The notes: a model not told the origin generated them from the letters alone. Positions 44,490-55,026 are shown, counted from the first letter of the stretch. The stretch: 64,000 nt of DNA from Candidatus Babeliales bacterium (GCA_963716425.1 OY970310.1:1539577-1603576), one strand, 5' to 3'. Translations and numbers: made by a program.

Positions 44490-46781
44490 ATGAAGAGATT
44501 TTATGTATTGATATGGACACTTCTTTCTGTATCTACCAGTTTTGGTATGATGCAAAATGACTTGAAGGGGGGCTTAGAAGCCCTGGCTGGTAAATTAGGG
44601 GAGCTTGAAAAAGCATTGCAACCTGGTCAGCCTACGCCACAGCCACTACCAGTTGAACCACCATCAGTTGAGCCTACGCCTTCACCGGAACCGGTTGAGC
44701 CAGTTACTCCACTAGCGCCAACACCTCCTCCACCGCCACCACCTCCGTCAGGAACTCCAGTAGCACCACCGCCACCTGTGATAGGAGTGCCAGCAGCGGT
44801 GACGGTAGGCGAAGTAGAGCCACAAGAAGGTGGTCTTGCTGCCTTACTCCAGGCTAAAAAGCTCAAGAAGCAAGGTCCTACTCCGCAAGCTGTTGTACAA
44901 GTGTTGCCTGCATTATCAGCTGCCGAACTTGCAAGTAAAAGCCAAGAAGATAAACAGCGTTCTGATGCAATATTCTTACAAGCTTTACATAATCTCGGTT
45001 CAAGAGAATTTACAAGCTTGAATGATATGCAGGATGCTATAGCAGCGATATTTGGCAATGTGGGCACTAACGAATCATTCCTAAAGCGTCCAGAATTAGA
45101 AGCTTTGCTTGGTGAGAGTGGCCTGCAAAATTCCTTGAAGAAAGATTTTACCCTAGATCCAACTTCAAAAAAGGCCAAATTATTAGAGCTCTTTGAAAAG
45201 TTTAACCAGGAAGGGCACATAGGACTTGTTGGACCAATGGCTCAAATGGTTAATGCTTGCTTATTTGAGACAAAGAAAGAATACAACATCATAGAACAAC
45301 TTGAGTTCATTTGCGTGTCGTATGTAACCGCTCAACGCGGTCTACAGCCATTAAAAGATACAGTTGAGCTTCCAGAGCAAAGACAATCAGATTTGTGTAC
45401 TAAGAAAAAAGTTAAGGAAATAGATACCTGTGTAATCCCAGGTTATATTGAAACATGGAAAACACTAAAGACCGCGAAGGGTATTGATGGTCTTGTGCGT
45501 AAATTGAATTTCTTACGTATGAATCCTGATTTTCTTAAATATCAATATATGCTGTGGACGGGGCCTGAAGGTGATGCTAGTCGTATTATCCAGAAAGACG
45601 TACTAAAGGGGCAGACACCACTATTGGTACTTCTTAAGTCTCCTAATGAGTTTGGTAAGCAATCATATAAGACTGCACAAGGAGTGTTTAAAAAACATTT
45701 GTTTGCCGTAGAGTTGTTTGATAATCAACTTAATATACCGCTTGTAAAAGAGGCTTTTGAGTGGCAAGTAGCAAATACCAAGGTTGTTCCGTTTTTGAGT
45801 TTGAAGGATTTTGCTCTGGGAGAACTTAAAAAGGTAAAAACAATTGCTACTCTTAAGAGTTTTTTTAATAAAGTAATTCAGCAATACCCTGAAGATGTTG
45901 CAGCTATAAAAATGCAACTACAAGAAGCTATAGCTCAGCTTGAGCCGAGCTCACCTGCGATTAATGTTGCTACTATTATAGGTGCTTTACAAGCTGTGGT
46001 AGGCGGTCAGGTTCCAGAAGCAGATAGACTGAATGTTGAAACATTAATTACTGCAGAAATGAAAGATAAAGGCTTGGTATTTGCAGTAAATGAAGCAAAA
46101 AATGAAAAATCTTCTGCAGGTTTTGTGACAAAGCTTCTTGAATTGACAAAAGACTTGCCAGTTGCAACAGCATTAAAAGAAGCATTATCAGGATTATATA
46201 GAACTCCTAATGATATTTATGAGTTACTGGTTTCTCAGCTTACAAATAAGCAAGCACTAAAAGATGTGCGTGATAAAATATTATGGAAAATAAGGCCATA
46301 TGGTTTATTATTACGTGCATTTAAATATTTTGTGGATCAATATAAACAAAATCCAGAAAACAAGCAACTGCTTATAGATAATTGGAAGACACTTACTAAT
46401 ACGATTGCCGTGCTTAATGCGCCATCTCAGTTGGATCAATTAGCAGGGAAACTATATGCTCCTGAGATTTTTAATACTGATCAGTTTACCAAAAAAACAA
46501 GGTCAGATTATTATACCGGGCAATTAAAAATAAGTCGTGAGTCAGAGATTTCTGGCGCTAAACCCAAAAAGGGAATTTATGTTGATGAACATCTAGATCA
46601 GCTCCGTAAAGCAATCGATGAAAAGAATATTGATGCTGTAATAAGCTTCCTCACCGCATTAGTTGCAAAAGGTCAAGGGGTAAGTATTGATAGTGCTGAG
46701 TTTAAACAACTGATGGCTGATGTACGGCAAGCATTACAAGGTACCTATGATAAGGGAGTTAATCCAGAGGATGTTCAATAA
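44490..46781 (+). CDS. secreted protein with a proline-rich tract and a WH2-like motif, then a large helical domain
   Basis: Leader MKRFYVLIWTLLSVSTSFGMMQ. Residues 45-101 are P-rich, including PPPPPPPPSGTPVAPPPP. Residues 113-127 read GGLAALLQAKKLKKQ. Confidence 0.65.
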   Translation: MKRFYVLIWTLLSVSTSFGMMQNDLKGGLEALAGKLGELEKALQPGQPTPQPLPVEPPSVEPTPSPEPVEPVTPLAPTPPPPPPPPSGTPVAPPPPVIGVPAAVTVGEVEPQEGGLAALLQAKKLKKQGPTPQAVVQVLPALSAAELASKSQEDKQRSDAIFLQALHNLGSREFTSLNDMQDAIAAIFGNVGTNESFLKRPELEALLGESGLQNSLKKDFTLDPTSKKAKLLELFEKFNQEGHIGLVGPMAQMVNACLFETKKEYNIIEQLEFICVSYVTAQRGLQPLKDTVELPEQRQSDLCTKKKVKEIDTCVIPGYIETWKTLKTAKGIDGLVRKLNFLRMNPDFLKYQYMLWTGPEGDASRIIQKDVLKGQTPLLVLLKSPNEFGKQSYKTAQGVFKKHLFAVELFDNQLNIPLVKEAFEWQVANTKVVPFLSLKDFALGELKKVKTIATLKSFFNKVIQQYPEDVAAIKMQLQEAIAQLEPSSPAINVATIIGALQAVVGGQVPEADRLNVETLITAEMKDKGLVFAVNEAKNEKSSAGFVTKLLELTKDLPVATALKEALSGLYRTPNDIYELLVSQLTNKQALKDVRDKILWKIRPYGLLLRAFKYFVDQYKQNPENKQLLIDNWKTLTNTIAVLNAPSQLDQLAGKLYAPEIFNTDQFTKKTRSDYYTGQLKISRESEISGAKPKKGIYVDEHLDQLRKAIDEKNIDAVISFLTALVAKGQGVSIDSAEFKQLMADVRQALQGTYDKGVNPEDVQ

Positions 46782-46796
46782 TAATTGAACAAAACT

Positions 46797-46835
46797 GCCG
46801 CCTGGTATAAAGTGCCAGGCGGTTCTATTTTATTC
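46797..46835. terminator. hairpin terminator between convergent genes
   Basis: gccgcctgg / ccaggcgg followed by ttctatttta. Confidence 0.6.
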
Positions 46836-46859
46836 TTTAGTAAATTTAAATTGCTATTC

Positions 46860-47972
46860 TTAGACGTTGAACTTTATGTTAAGGAGATCGCCATCTTTTA
46901 CAATGTAGTCTTGACCTTCTGTGCGAATTTTACCCGTTTCTTTTAGTTTTACTTCACTGCCTGCGTTAAACAAATCTTGGCAGTTAAACACTTCTGCACA
47001 AATAAACCCACGTTCCAAATCTGAGTGAATTTCACCAGCAGCTTGACGCACATTAATGCCTTTTCTAATCGGCCATGCGTGTGCCTCTTTGGGTCCGCAC
47101 GTAAAGAAGGTAATAAGACCTAATTGATCATATGTGGCACGTATCACTTTATCAAGCGCATGTTCTTTAAGTCCTGCCATCTCCATAATTTCTTTGGCCT
47201 CTTCTTCACTAGCTTGTGAAAGTTCAGATGCCAAGCGCACGCATACTGGAATTACTTTGTTTTGACCAAATCGTGCTACCACATTTTGGTAATGTGGATT
47301 TTTGGTATACGCATCATTTTCTATGTCTTCTTCAGAAATGTTTGCAATAATTAAAAAGTTTTTACCAGAGAGCAAAGGCAATGAATCTGATGGAGCATTA
47401 GCCATAAGTTCACGAACTTTTTTTTCATCCCCTGCATTAATAGCATCAGTCACTTTAGTAAGCAACAGTTGTTCTGCTTCAAGGCTCTTTTTAAGCTTTG
47501 TATCGTTTTGCGCTGCCTTTATTTGACTTGCAATTTTTTGTAGGCGCTTTTCAATAGATTCTAAATCCTTGAGCATCAGTTCAGAAATGATAGTCTCATA
47601 ATCACCAACAGGATCGATTCTGCCTGTTGTATGCAAAATGCCAGGATGCTCAAAGCAACGCAGTACATGCAAGATTAAATCAACTTCCCGAATATTGTTT
47701 AAAAACTGGTTGCCAAGACCTTCACCGCTTGCAGCGCCTTTAACAAGTCCTGCAATATCTACAAAAGAGACGGTGGCAGGGATTAATTTTTTGCTGCCAT
47801 AAATACTTGCAAGCTTTTCAAGTCGCGGGTCAGGCACTTGCGTGATTGCAGTGTGGGGATCAATCGTGCAAAAAGGATAGTTTTCTGCAGGGATTGATGA
47901 TTTGGTGAGCGCATTAAACAATGTTGATTTTCCTACGTTGGGCAACCCAACAAGGCCGGCGGCAATACTCAT
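46860..47972 (-). CDS. ychF: ribosome-binding ATPase YchF
   Basis: GLVGLPNVGKSTLFNALT, DIAGLVKGAS and a C-terminal TGS-like region (DYIVKDGDLLNIKFNV). Confidence 0.9.
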   Translation of the reverse strand: MSIAAGLVGLPNVGKSTLFNALTKSSIPAENYPFCTIDPHTAITQVPDPRLEKLASIYGSKKLIPATVSFVDIAGLVKGAASGEGLGNQFLNNIREVDLILHVLRCFEHPGILHTTGRIDPVGDYETIISELMLKDLESIEKRLQKIASQIKAAQNDTKLKKSLEAEQLLLTKVTDAINAGDEKKVRELMANAPSDSLPLLSGKNFLIIANISEEDIENDAYTKNPHYQNVVARFGQNKVIPVCVRLASELSQASEEEAKEIMEMAGLKEHALDKVIRATYDQLGLITFFTCGPKEAHAWPIRKGINVRQAAGEIHSDLERGFICAEVFNCQDLFNAGSEVKLKETGKIRTEGQDYIVKDGDLLNIKFNV

Positions 47973-48202
47973 GATTATTTTTATATCCTTATTAATAACT
48001 ATATATTTTTAAGTGTGCTGCAAAAAAAGATATCATGCAACTTCTTTTTCGCAAATGGGAGCCTGGAAGTGCGCGGTTTTTGTCAGATAGTTAAAAAAAA
48101 TATATCAAAACTCTTGCTTTTTATACAAAAATATGCAACATTTTGATTAGATGTGGTATTGTAGTTATACCTTAAACCTCATAACATAAAAAGGGAGAAT
48201 CT

Positions 48203-48427
48203 ATGATGATGAAATCTCCAGTTTGTAAATTCGTTGGTATGGTATCGTGGGTCGTAACTGGCCTTGCAGCGCTTAACTATGGCCTTGCAGCACGCGGTTT
48301 TGACTTATTGTCATATCTGGGTGGTGCACATGAAATAGCTGTTTGGGTTATTGCCCTTTGCGGCCTTGTAAGCCTTGGCATGTTTGTGTGGGCAATGGTA
48401 GGTTGCGATTCTTGCGACGTTTGCTAA
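48203..48427 (+). CDS. DUF378-like small membrane protein
   Basis: Two TM helices with GLAALNYGL..GFDLL, resembling the GGLNWGLVG..FNLV signature. Confidence 0.5.
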   Translation: MMMKSPVCKFVGMVSWVVTGLAALNYGLAARGFDLLSYLGGAHEIAVWVIALCGLVSLGMFVWAMVGCDSCDVC

Positions 48428-48451
48428 TATAAACTAACATATACAACTTAT

Positions 48452-48492
48452 GGTCCGTCATTTTTTAGGTAAAATGACGGACCTATTTTTTT
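48452..48492 (+). terminator. rho-independent terminator
   Basis: ggtccgtcatttt / aaaatgacggacc followed by tattttttt. Confidence 0.7.
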
Positions 48493-48505
48493 GAAGGCAC
48501 ACCTT

Positions 48506-49402
48506 ATGACGTTACTCCTACTTCTGTTTTCATATGCATTCATTGCCATCAGCTTTACGCTTGCAAAGGCAGTGCTAGCCTATTCTGCGCCCATATTTTT
48601 TGTAGCATTTCGCATGATTATTGCTGGTGCTCTATTGCTTGCCTATTGTTACTGGCGCAATCCACACATGCTTGTAGTGCAAAAAAAAGATTATAGCAAG
48701 TTTGCGCTTATTATACTTATGCATATTTATTTTTCATATGTATTTGATTTACTTGCACTCCAATATATGAGTTCGTTCAAGGGTGCATTTATTTATAATT
48801 TATCGCCGTTTATCACCGCCTTGTTCTCATATCTTTATTTTAGTGAACATATGACGGGCAAGAAATGGCTAGGGCTCTTTATAGGATTTATTGGTTTTGT
48901 GCCGGAATTGATCATGCAATCACCGGGTGAATCGATGGCTTCTGTATCATGGGGCGATATTATGATGGTTTTTTCCGTGATTGCTGCAGTGATTGGATGG
49001 ATTGTCATGCGCATGCTGGTGAACGTTGGGTACTCGCCGCTTAGTGTCAATGGCATTGGCATGATGGGTGGCGGCATACTTGCACTTGTGACTTCAGGAA
49101 TCTTTGAAACGTGGGATCCGTTTCCGGTCAGTGATTGGTGGGCGTTCTTAAAAATTACGGGTGCGGTAATTATTACTGCCAACCTTATCTATTATAATTT
49201 GTATGGCTACTTGCTGCGCATATATACTGCCACGTTTATGTCATTTGCAGGTTTTTTGTGCCCGCTCTTTGCTGCGGTATTTGGCTGGTATTTTCTTGGT
49301 GAGCAAGTAAGCGCTACATTCTTCTTTTCACTTTTCGTGGTAGTGCTTGGACTTGCAATCTTCTATCAAGAAGAATTGAAGCAAGGGTACATACGATCCT
49401 AG
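48506..49402 (+). CDS. EamA/DMT-family transporter
   Basis: About 10 TM helices in two EamA-like halves. The ATG at 48506 is preferred because the listed TTG at 48491 lies inside the upstream terminator. Confidence 0.6.
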   Translation: MTLLLLLFSYAFIAISFTLAKAVLAYSAPIFFVAFRMIIAGALLLAYCYWRNPHMLVVQKKDYSKFALIILMHIYFSYVFDLLALQYMSSFKGAFIYNLSPFITALFSYLYFSEHMTGKKWLGLFIGFIGFVPELIMQSPGESMASVSWGDIMMVFSVIAAVIGWIVMRMLVNVGYSPLSVNGIGMMGGGILALVTSGIFETWDPFPVSDWWAFLKITGAVIITANLIYYNLYGYLLRIYTATFMSFAGFLCPLFAAVFGWYFLGEQVSATFFFSLFVVVLGLAIFYQEELKQGYIRS

Positions 49403-49545
49403 TTCTGCGTGATATTTTCTCGAGTTGTAATTTTCTAAGAATTAGTGAAACCATGCATGGCAAGCAAGGCTATATACGCTTTTAATAAAAGGGATCTGCT
49501 AAGATCCTCTCTTTGTGTAAGTCAGTATTAATAGTTAATTTTTAG

Positions 49546-49926
49546 TCATCGCGGTATTGTTTGATCTCGTTTTGTGTGTTGCGCATTTATCCGTTTTTGT
49601 TCATCCTCTACTGCTGCATTTGTTTCTAAATAATCTATATACTGCGCTTGTGCTTTGAGTCCTTTTAGGAAGGTTTCATTTTGTTTTCTGAAAATCATCT
49701 CCAGAATGACGAGTCCTCCCAAAAAGCCGGTAGCAGATAAGCAAACCGGCATCCAAGAAGTTTCTTTTTGGCTATCTTTGCTAAAGGTAGATTTAGTATT
49801 CGTGAGCATTTTCTTTGTTTGAAAAACAGGCTTTGCTGTGAGCCTTCTAAGAGTGTTTATGCGCATAGCAAGGGCAGAGTTTGTCGATAATGCTATTAGT
49901 ATAAAGGTGAGCGATTTGTAATTCAT
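49546..49926 (-). CDS. hypothetical protein with a leader and one TM segment
   Basis: MNYKSLTFILIALSTNSALAMR leader and an internal TM (CLSATGFLGGLVILEMIF). Confidence 0.45.
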   Translation of the reverse strand: MNYKSLTFILIALSTNSALAMRINTLRRLTAKPVFQTKKMLTNTKSTFSKDSQKETSWMPVCLSATGFLGGLVILEMIFRKQNETFLKGLKAQAQYIDYLETNAAVEDEQKRINAQHTKRDQTIPR

Positions 49927-50092
49927 ATAAGACTCAATCTTTTTTTAGTTGATTTTGATAGGTACGCCATTACTGTTTTATACTATTAATTTAGTTTGTT
50001 AACTATTATTAAGGTAGTTGTTTTAGACATAAATGGAGGTCTTTAGGTCTTGGGATAAGATTTGTTTGACCGCTTTGCAATGCTCTTGATTT

Positions 50093-50160
50093 AGCGCTCA
50101 TCCCCAGTGAAAAATGTATTTTTTATAGCGCTCATCCCCAGTGAAAAATGTATTTTTTAT
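50093..50160 (+). repeat. perfect tandem duplication, 2 x 34 bp
   Basis: agcgctcatccccagtgaaaaatgtattttttat occurs twice. The unit starts with a variant of the REP-like core. Confidence 0.85.
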
Positions 50161-50412
50161 TCGGCTGCGCCTTGATACATCTTTCATAGCTTTTAGCAAG
50201 ATTTAAGGTGGGCAAGTAGTATCAATAAGTTTCCAGAAAAGCGAATGAAAATAGTAACTTTTCATTGAGCAGCTCATTTTTGCAGCAATCTTTGAGAGCG
50301 CATTGCATTGCAGATAGATATGCAACACACGAAGATAAAGAGGAAAATTATATGGGCCTGATTGCCATTTATTGATTCTATTTGCTACGCTTAAAATAAA
50401 AAGGAGGAGCCC

Positions 50413-51192
50413 GTGAAAAAATTATTTTCGAGTGCATTGCTGTTGTTAATGTTCAGCATACCGCACAATTAGATGAAGAACTTTGGAATCTAGTAACGCA
50501 GCTTACAGACTTAACATACAACTACAAAAATCAACTTATACACCTCACATTCAAAACATCGTGCATGGTCAACAAAACATACAAGACCTTTCACAGGGTC
50601 AACAAAATTACTTTAAAGCAACAATCAAAGCAATTAAAGAGGACAATGTACAATTAATAGAAAAAATAATAGAAAAAACTTAACAGCCTATCCAGACTTT
50701 ATTGGGGTAGTTGATATTGATGGTGATACCTTATTAAATAAGGCGGTTCAGGCTAGTAAGCTGGATATAGTAAGACTACTTTTGGGAAAAAGAGCAAATG
50801 CTAATATTGCAAATAATAAGGGTTTTACGCCTTTAAATAATGCCGCCGTGCAAGGCAACACTGAAATGGTCAGATCATTAATTTTTCATAGTACAGGCGG
50901 CGCAAATCCTGATTTTGCAACTAAGGATTCCAATCAAACGCCTTTGAATAATGCTGTCTTATATGGCAATTTTGAAATGGTCGAATTATTACTCCGGAGT
51001 GCTGGGGCAAATCCTAATATTGCAAATAAACTGGGTTTTACACCTTTGAATAATGCAGTTGTTAAAGACAAAGCTGACTTGGTCGGATTATTAATTGAGT
51101 ATGGCGCAGACAAGAATATTAAAAATAGCAAAGGCGTCTCTGCTTTGGATAACGCAACAAACAAACCCCAAATACTTGAGCTACTTGAATAA
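50413..51192 (+). pseudogene. decayed tandem paralogue of the ankyrin gene at 51389..52099
   Basis: A strong RBS plus GVKKLFSSALLLLMFSIPHN, then a stop at 50470-50472. The ANK body lies in two other frames (50483..50683 and 50782..51192). An 11 nt net insertion relative to copy 2 lies at 50655-50678. Confidence 0.65.
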
Positions 51193-51388
51193 TTGGAACC
51201 AATTTTTCGGCATAACTTGCCAAGTCTGAAGGCCTGGACAAGCGAAGCCTGGAAGACAGGGCTATATTCATTCATAATCCCCTGTGGATCTAAGGCATAA
51301 CTATTGATTTTTTGTCATTAGATTTGTTACTATTAGAATATATAGATTGAAGTAAAGCAGTTTAATGTTTAACCAAAAGGAATAATGC

Positions 51389-52099
51389 ATGAAGTTATTT
51401 ATATACTCAAGAAGCGTTCTATTTGCATTGGTAGTCATTTGTGGTGTTGTGACTCAATTACACAGTATGGATGTTGAGCCTACGGGGCCTATTACTTTAC
51501 AAAGCCTTCCAGGAAATCAACAAAATTTCTTTAAGGCAACAATTAAAGCAATTGGAGCGGGCGATGTAGCATTAATAGAAAAAAACTTAACAGCGTATCC
51601 AGATTTTATTAGCGTGGTTGATGATGCGGGTGATACGTTATTAAATAAGGCAGTCCAATATGATAAGCTGGATATAGTTAAGCTACTTTTGGGAAAAAGA
51701 GCAAATGCTAATATTGCAAATAATAAGGGTTTTACGCCTTTGAATAATGCTGTTGTTAAAGGCAACACTGAAATGGTCCGATCATTAATTTTTAATAGTA
51801 CGGGCGGCGCAAATCCTGATATTGCAACTAAGGATTCCAATCAAACGCCTTTGAATAATGCTATCTTATATGGTAATTTTGAAATGGTCGAATTATTACT
51901 CAGGAGTGCTGGGGCAAATCCTAATATTGCAAATAAACTGGGTTTTACACCTTTGAATAATGCAGTTGTTAAAGACAAAGTTGACTTGGTCGGATTATTA
52001 ATTGAGTATAAAGCAGACAAGAATATTAAAAATAGCAAAGGCTTCTCTGCTTTGGATAATGCAAGAAACAAACCCGAAATACTTAAGCTACTTAAATAA
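51389..52099 (+). CDS. secreted ankyrin-repeat protein
   Basis: Leader ...VVICGVVTQLHSMD; repeated GFTPLNNAV..GN.EMV..LL units. Confidence 0.8.
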   Translation: MKLFIYSRSVLFALVVICGVVTQLHSMDVEPTGPITLQSLPGNQQNFFKATIKAIGAGDVALIEKNLTAYPDFISVVDDAGDTLLNKAVQYDKLDIVKLLLGKRANANIANNKGFTPLNNAVVKGNTEMVRSLIFNSTGGANPDIATKDSNQTPLNNAILYGNFEMVELLLRSAGANPNIANKLGFTPLNNAVVKDKVDLVGLLIEYKADKNIKNSKGFSALDNARNKPEILKLLK

Positions 52100-52177
52100 G
52101 ACTTTGTAACGGGAAAATCAATTGAATTTAAAAAAATGGCCCTCGATACTTTCTTCTTCACGCAAAGCTTTGAAGAA

Positions 52178-52193
52178 CACTCGGGATGAGCGG
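52178..52193 (-). repeat. REP-like core copy
   Basis: cactcgggatgagcgg, identical to the core at 44288-44303. Confidence 0.5.
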
Positions 52194-52221
52194 TAGGTCA
52201 AGTGGTTATTTATTTCCTATG

Positions 52222-52249
52222 AAAAAAATGGGGGACTTTTCAGTCCCCC
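52222..52249 (-). terminator. rho-independent terminator after dnaK
   Basis: gggggact / agtccccc; on the minus strand it is followed by attttttt. Confidence 0.7.
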
Positions 52250-52254
52250 GAGAA

Positions 52255-54135
52255 TTATTCGTTAATTTCAGCGTCAAGTGGCTCTTCTTTAGAACCATCT
52301 TCTTCATGCGAAGCAGCGCCTTCTGCGCCTTGACCTTGTTTATACAAAATCTCAGCAACAGTATGAGAAGCTTTAATCAGCTCATCATGCGCTTTTTTGA
52401 GTTCTTCTTTATTATCAGCATGCTCTTTGAGTGCTTGTTTTGCAACTTCTAGTGCTGCTTCTAATTTAGAAACTTCATCTGCAGGAAGTTTTTCTTTATT
52501 ATCACTGAGTGTTTTTTCAACGCTCAGAATCATACCATCAAGCTTGTTGCGTTCTTCTACGGTTTCACGAGCTGCTTTATCTTCAGCTTCATGCGCTTTT
52601 GCATCATCAACCATTTTCTTGATTTCAGCTTCAGAAAGACCACCGCCAGCAGTAATGGTGATAGTTTGCTCTTTACCAGATGCTTTATCTTTTGCAGAAA
52701 CGTGCACGATACCATTGGCATCAATATCAAACGTTACTTCCATTTGAGGAACACCACGTGGAGCTGCAGGAATGCCGTCTAGTTTGAATTGGCCAAGCAT
52801 TTTATTGTCTTTGGCAAATTCACGCTCACCTTGAAACACTCTAATTTCAACCGCAGTTTGGTTATCTTCTGCCGTTGAGAAGACTTGTTGTTTCTTGGCC
52901 GGGATTGTGGTATTACGTTCAATCAATTTGGTCACCACACCACCGAGCGTTTCAATACCCAAGGACAGTGGAGTTACATCAAGGAGTAACACGTCGGTTA
53001 CATCACCTGCAAGTACTGCACCTTGGATTGCAGCACCATCTGCTACCACTTCATCAGGGTTTACTGATTTGTTTGGTTCTTTGCCAAAGAACTCTTTTAC
53101 AAGTTCTTGTACTTTTGGCATACGGGTAGAACCACCAACTAAAATGACTTCATCAATCTTATCAGTTGAAAGACCAGCATCTTTGAGTGCTTTTTTGCAT
53201 GGCTCAAGGAGGCGCGCAAACAAATCACTGCACAGTGATTCAAGTTTGGCACGTGAGATCTTGATATTCAAGTGTTTAGGGCCAGATTGGTCTGCAGTGA
53301 TATACGGTAAATTAATTTCAGTTTCAGAGAGTGTAGAAAGCTCTTTTTTGGCTTTTTCAGCAGCTTCTTTTAACCGTTGGAGTGCCATTGGATCTTTTTT
53401 AAGATCAATGCCTTGATCGCGTTTAAATTCATCTACAAGAAAATCGATCAAGCGTTGGTCAATGTCATCACCACCAAGGTGTGTGTCACCATTGGTTGAT
53501 TTCACTTCAACCACACCATCAGATACTTCTAAGATAGATACGTCAAACGTACCACCACCAAAGTCAAACACGGCAATAGTGCCTTCTTTCTTTTTGTCAG
53601 CACCATAGGCAAGAGCTGCAGCAGTTGGTTCATTGATGATACGTTTTACATCAAGACCTGCAATGCGGCCTGCATCTTTGGTTGCTTGGCGTTGTGAGTC
53701 GTTAAAGTATGCAGGAACGGTGATAACCGCTTCTGTGATTTTCTCACCAAGGTATTCTTCTGCCGTTTGCTTGATAAGGTTCAAGATAGCAGCAGCAATT
53801 TCTTGTGGCGTGTATTCTTTGCCTTGTGCCATAATTGCCACGTCACCATTAGGACGTTTGACCAGCTTATATGGCATATTTTTAGCTTCTTGTGTTACTT
53901 CATCAAACTTGTGCCCAATAAAGCGCTTTGCAGAGAAAATGGTATTTTCTGGGTTAGTTATCGCTTGGCGTTTTGCAAGAGTGCCCACCAGGCGTTGACC
54001 ATCCTTGGTAAAAGCTACTACTGACGGTATAGTGTTGGTGCCTTCTTTGCTAGGGATGATCTTTGGCTTACCGCCCTCCATAAAGGAGACAGCTGAGTTT
54101 GTGGTACCTAAGTCAATTCCGATTATTTTTCCCAT
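52255..54135 (-). CDS. dnaK: molecular chaperone DnaK (Hsp70)
   Basis: [27 protein letters not shown] and a C-terminal lid; 626 aa and intact. Confidence 0.95.
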   Translation of the reverse strand: MGKIIGIDLGTTNSAVSFMEGGKPKIIPSKEGTNTIPSVVAFTKDGQRLVGTLAKRQAITNPENTIFSAKRFIGHKFDEVTQEAKNMPYKLVKRPNGDVAIMAQGKEYTPQEIAAAILNLIKQTAEEYLGEKITEAVITVPAYFNDSQRQATKDAGRIAGLDVKRIINEPTAAALAYGADKKKEGTIAVFDFGGGTFDVSILEVSDGVVEVKSTNGDTHLGGDDIDQRLIDFLVDEFKRDQGIDLKKDPMALQRLKEAAEKAKKELSTLSETEINLPYITADQSGPKHLNIKISRAKLESLCSDLFARLLEPCKKALKDAGLSTDKIDEVILVGGSTRMPKVQELVKEFFGKEPNKSVNPDEVVADGAAIQGAVLAGDVTDVLLLDVTPLSLGIETLGGVVTKLIERNTTIPAKKQQVFSTAEDNQTAVEIRVFQGEREFAKDNKMLGQFKLDGIPAAPRGVPQMEVTFDIDANGIVHVSAKDKASGKEQTITITAGGGLSEAEIKKMVDDAKAHEAEDKAARETVEERNKLDGMILSVEKTLSDNKEKLPADEVSKLEAALEVAKQALKEHADNKEELKKAHDELIKASHTVAEILYKQGQGAEGAASHEEDGSKEEPLDAEINE

Positions 54136-54180
54136 ACATATCCTTTGCTATTTTACGTATATTGTTTTCTTTTAATCAAA

Positions 54181-54292
54181 TCCGCTCTTCCTGATGGTTC
54201 GGCTAGCTCATCATGTAGCAAGTTTCGCCATCCCGCTCATCCTGAGCCTGTCGAAGGGTATGAGCGGCGCAACTTGTCGAAGGGTCTCTAGA
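54181..54292 (+). repeat. GC-rich REP-like dispersed repeat copy (composite)
   Basis: ccgctcatcctgagcctgtcgaagggtatgagcgg...cttgtcgaagggtc. Confidence 0.6.
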
Positions 54293-54585
54293 GTGGCGAC
54301 TGATTTTCCTCTATAATTTATATCGATATTGTAAAGAAATGTCAATGATTAATGTAAAAAATCTTATAATAAGTGACTCAGATCTTAATCTGATATGCCT
54401 TAATAATAGGCATTTGGGAATGGATGGTATTTAGTCTCATTTTTGAGTGGTGGTGGGGTAGTGAAGGATTTGCATTCGCGTCGTGTAATACACAGGCAAT
54501 TGCTATTTTACTACCGCATTTGTTACAATTAGAATAGAAGAGGTCGGGTTGGATAGCTTGTCAGTTTTTTGCTTGAGGAGTTTTG

Positions 54586-55026
54586 ATGACTTTTATTAGA
54601 TTCATGATTATTCTTTTTTTTGTAATTGATAGTAGCTCATTATACGCTATGCATGGGCCTGCTTTTGATATCAAGGGCACAGTGCCTGCTGCTCAGCTTA
54701 CAGTATCGGGAAATATCACATTTCCTGAATACGGGGCAACTATGCGGGTTGGTGATCAGCTTATGTCACTCTACAATTTAAATGATATTAATAAGAATAG
54801 TACGTTGCGTTTCCGTGATGCAGGAACTGGCCAAGTTATTGCCAAATTATATGATATTAAAAAACAACACCCATTGGCCAAGTGCGCGTTGATCGTATGG
54901 CGCGAGCTACCGGCCAATGATGGTGGTATGGAAGTAAAGTCATTTCAAATTGGTTGGTCTGAGGGTTTAACTGTTCACTATGTAACTGATAAGTCCGGCT
55001 TGCAAGAATTTAGTTTTTTATATTAA
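54586..55026 (+). CDS. secreted hypothetical protein
   Basis: GAGGAG RBS 5 nt upstream of the ATG at 54586; leader MTFIRFMIILFFVIDSSSLYAMH. Confidence 0.5.
   Translation: MTFIRFMIILFFVIDSSSLYAMHGPAFDIKGTVPAAQLTVSGNITFPEYGATMRVGDQLMSLYNLNDINKNSTLRFRDAGTGQVIAKLYDIKKQHPLAKCALIVWRELPANDGGMEVKSFQIGWSEGLTVHYVTDKSGLQEFSFLY

Noticed and set aside
44627-45220. 197 aa Gly-rich ORF on the minus strand
   Set aside because: It is the antisense reading of the proline-rich (CCN) tract of the 763 aa gene, since GGN codons mirror CCN. It has no independent start or RBS context.
50093-50160. Possible CRISPR array
   Set aside because: There are only two directly abutting 34 bp units with no spacer, and no cas genes. 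It is a simple tandem duplication of a REP-like variant.
52397-53998. Several 60-170 aa plus-strand ORFs inside dnaK
   Set aside because: They are antisense to a highly conserved, intact dnaK. Ser/Ala-rich translations of this kind are typical of antisense frames.
54136-54582. CIRCE or HAIR heat-shock operator, or a sigma-32 promoter, upstream of dnaK
   Set aside because: I saw no TTAGCACTC-N9-GAGTGCTAA or CTTGAGT-N7-ACTCAAG. There is only a weak sigma-70-like TTGATT-N18-TAAAAT at 54150-54179 on the minus strand, which is not strong enough to annotate.
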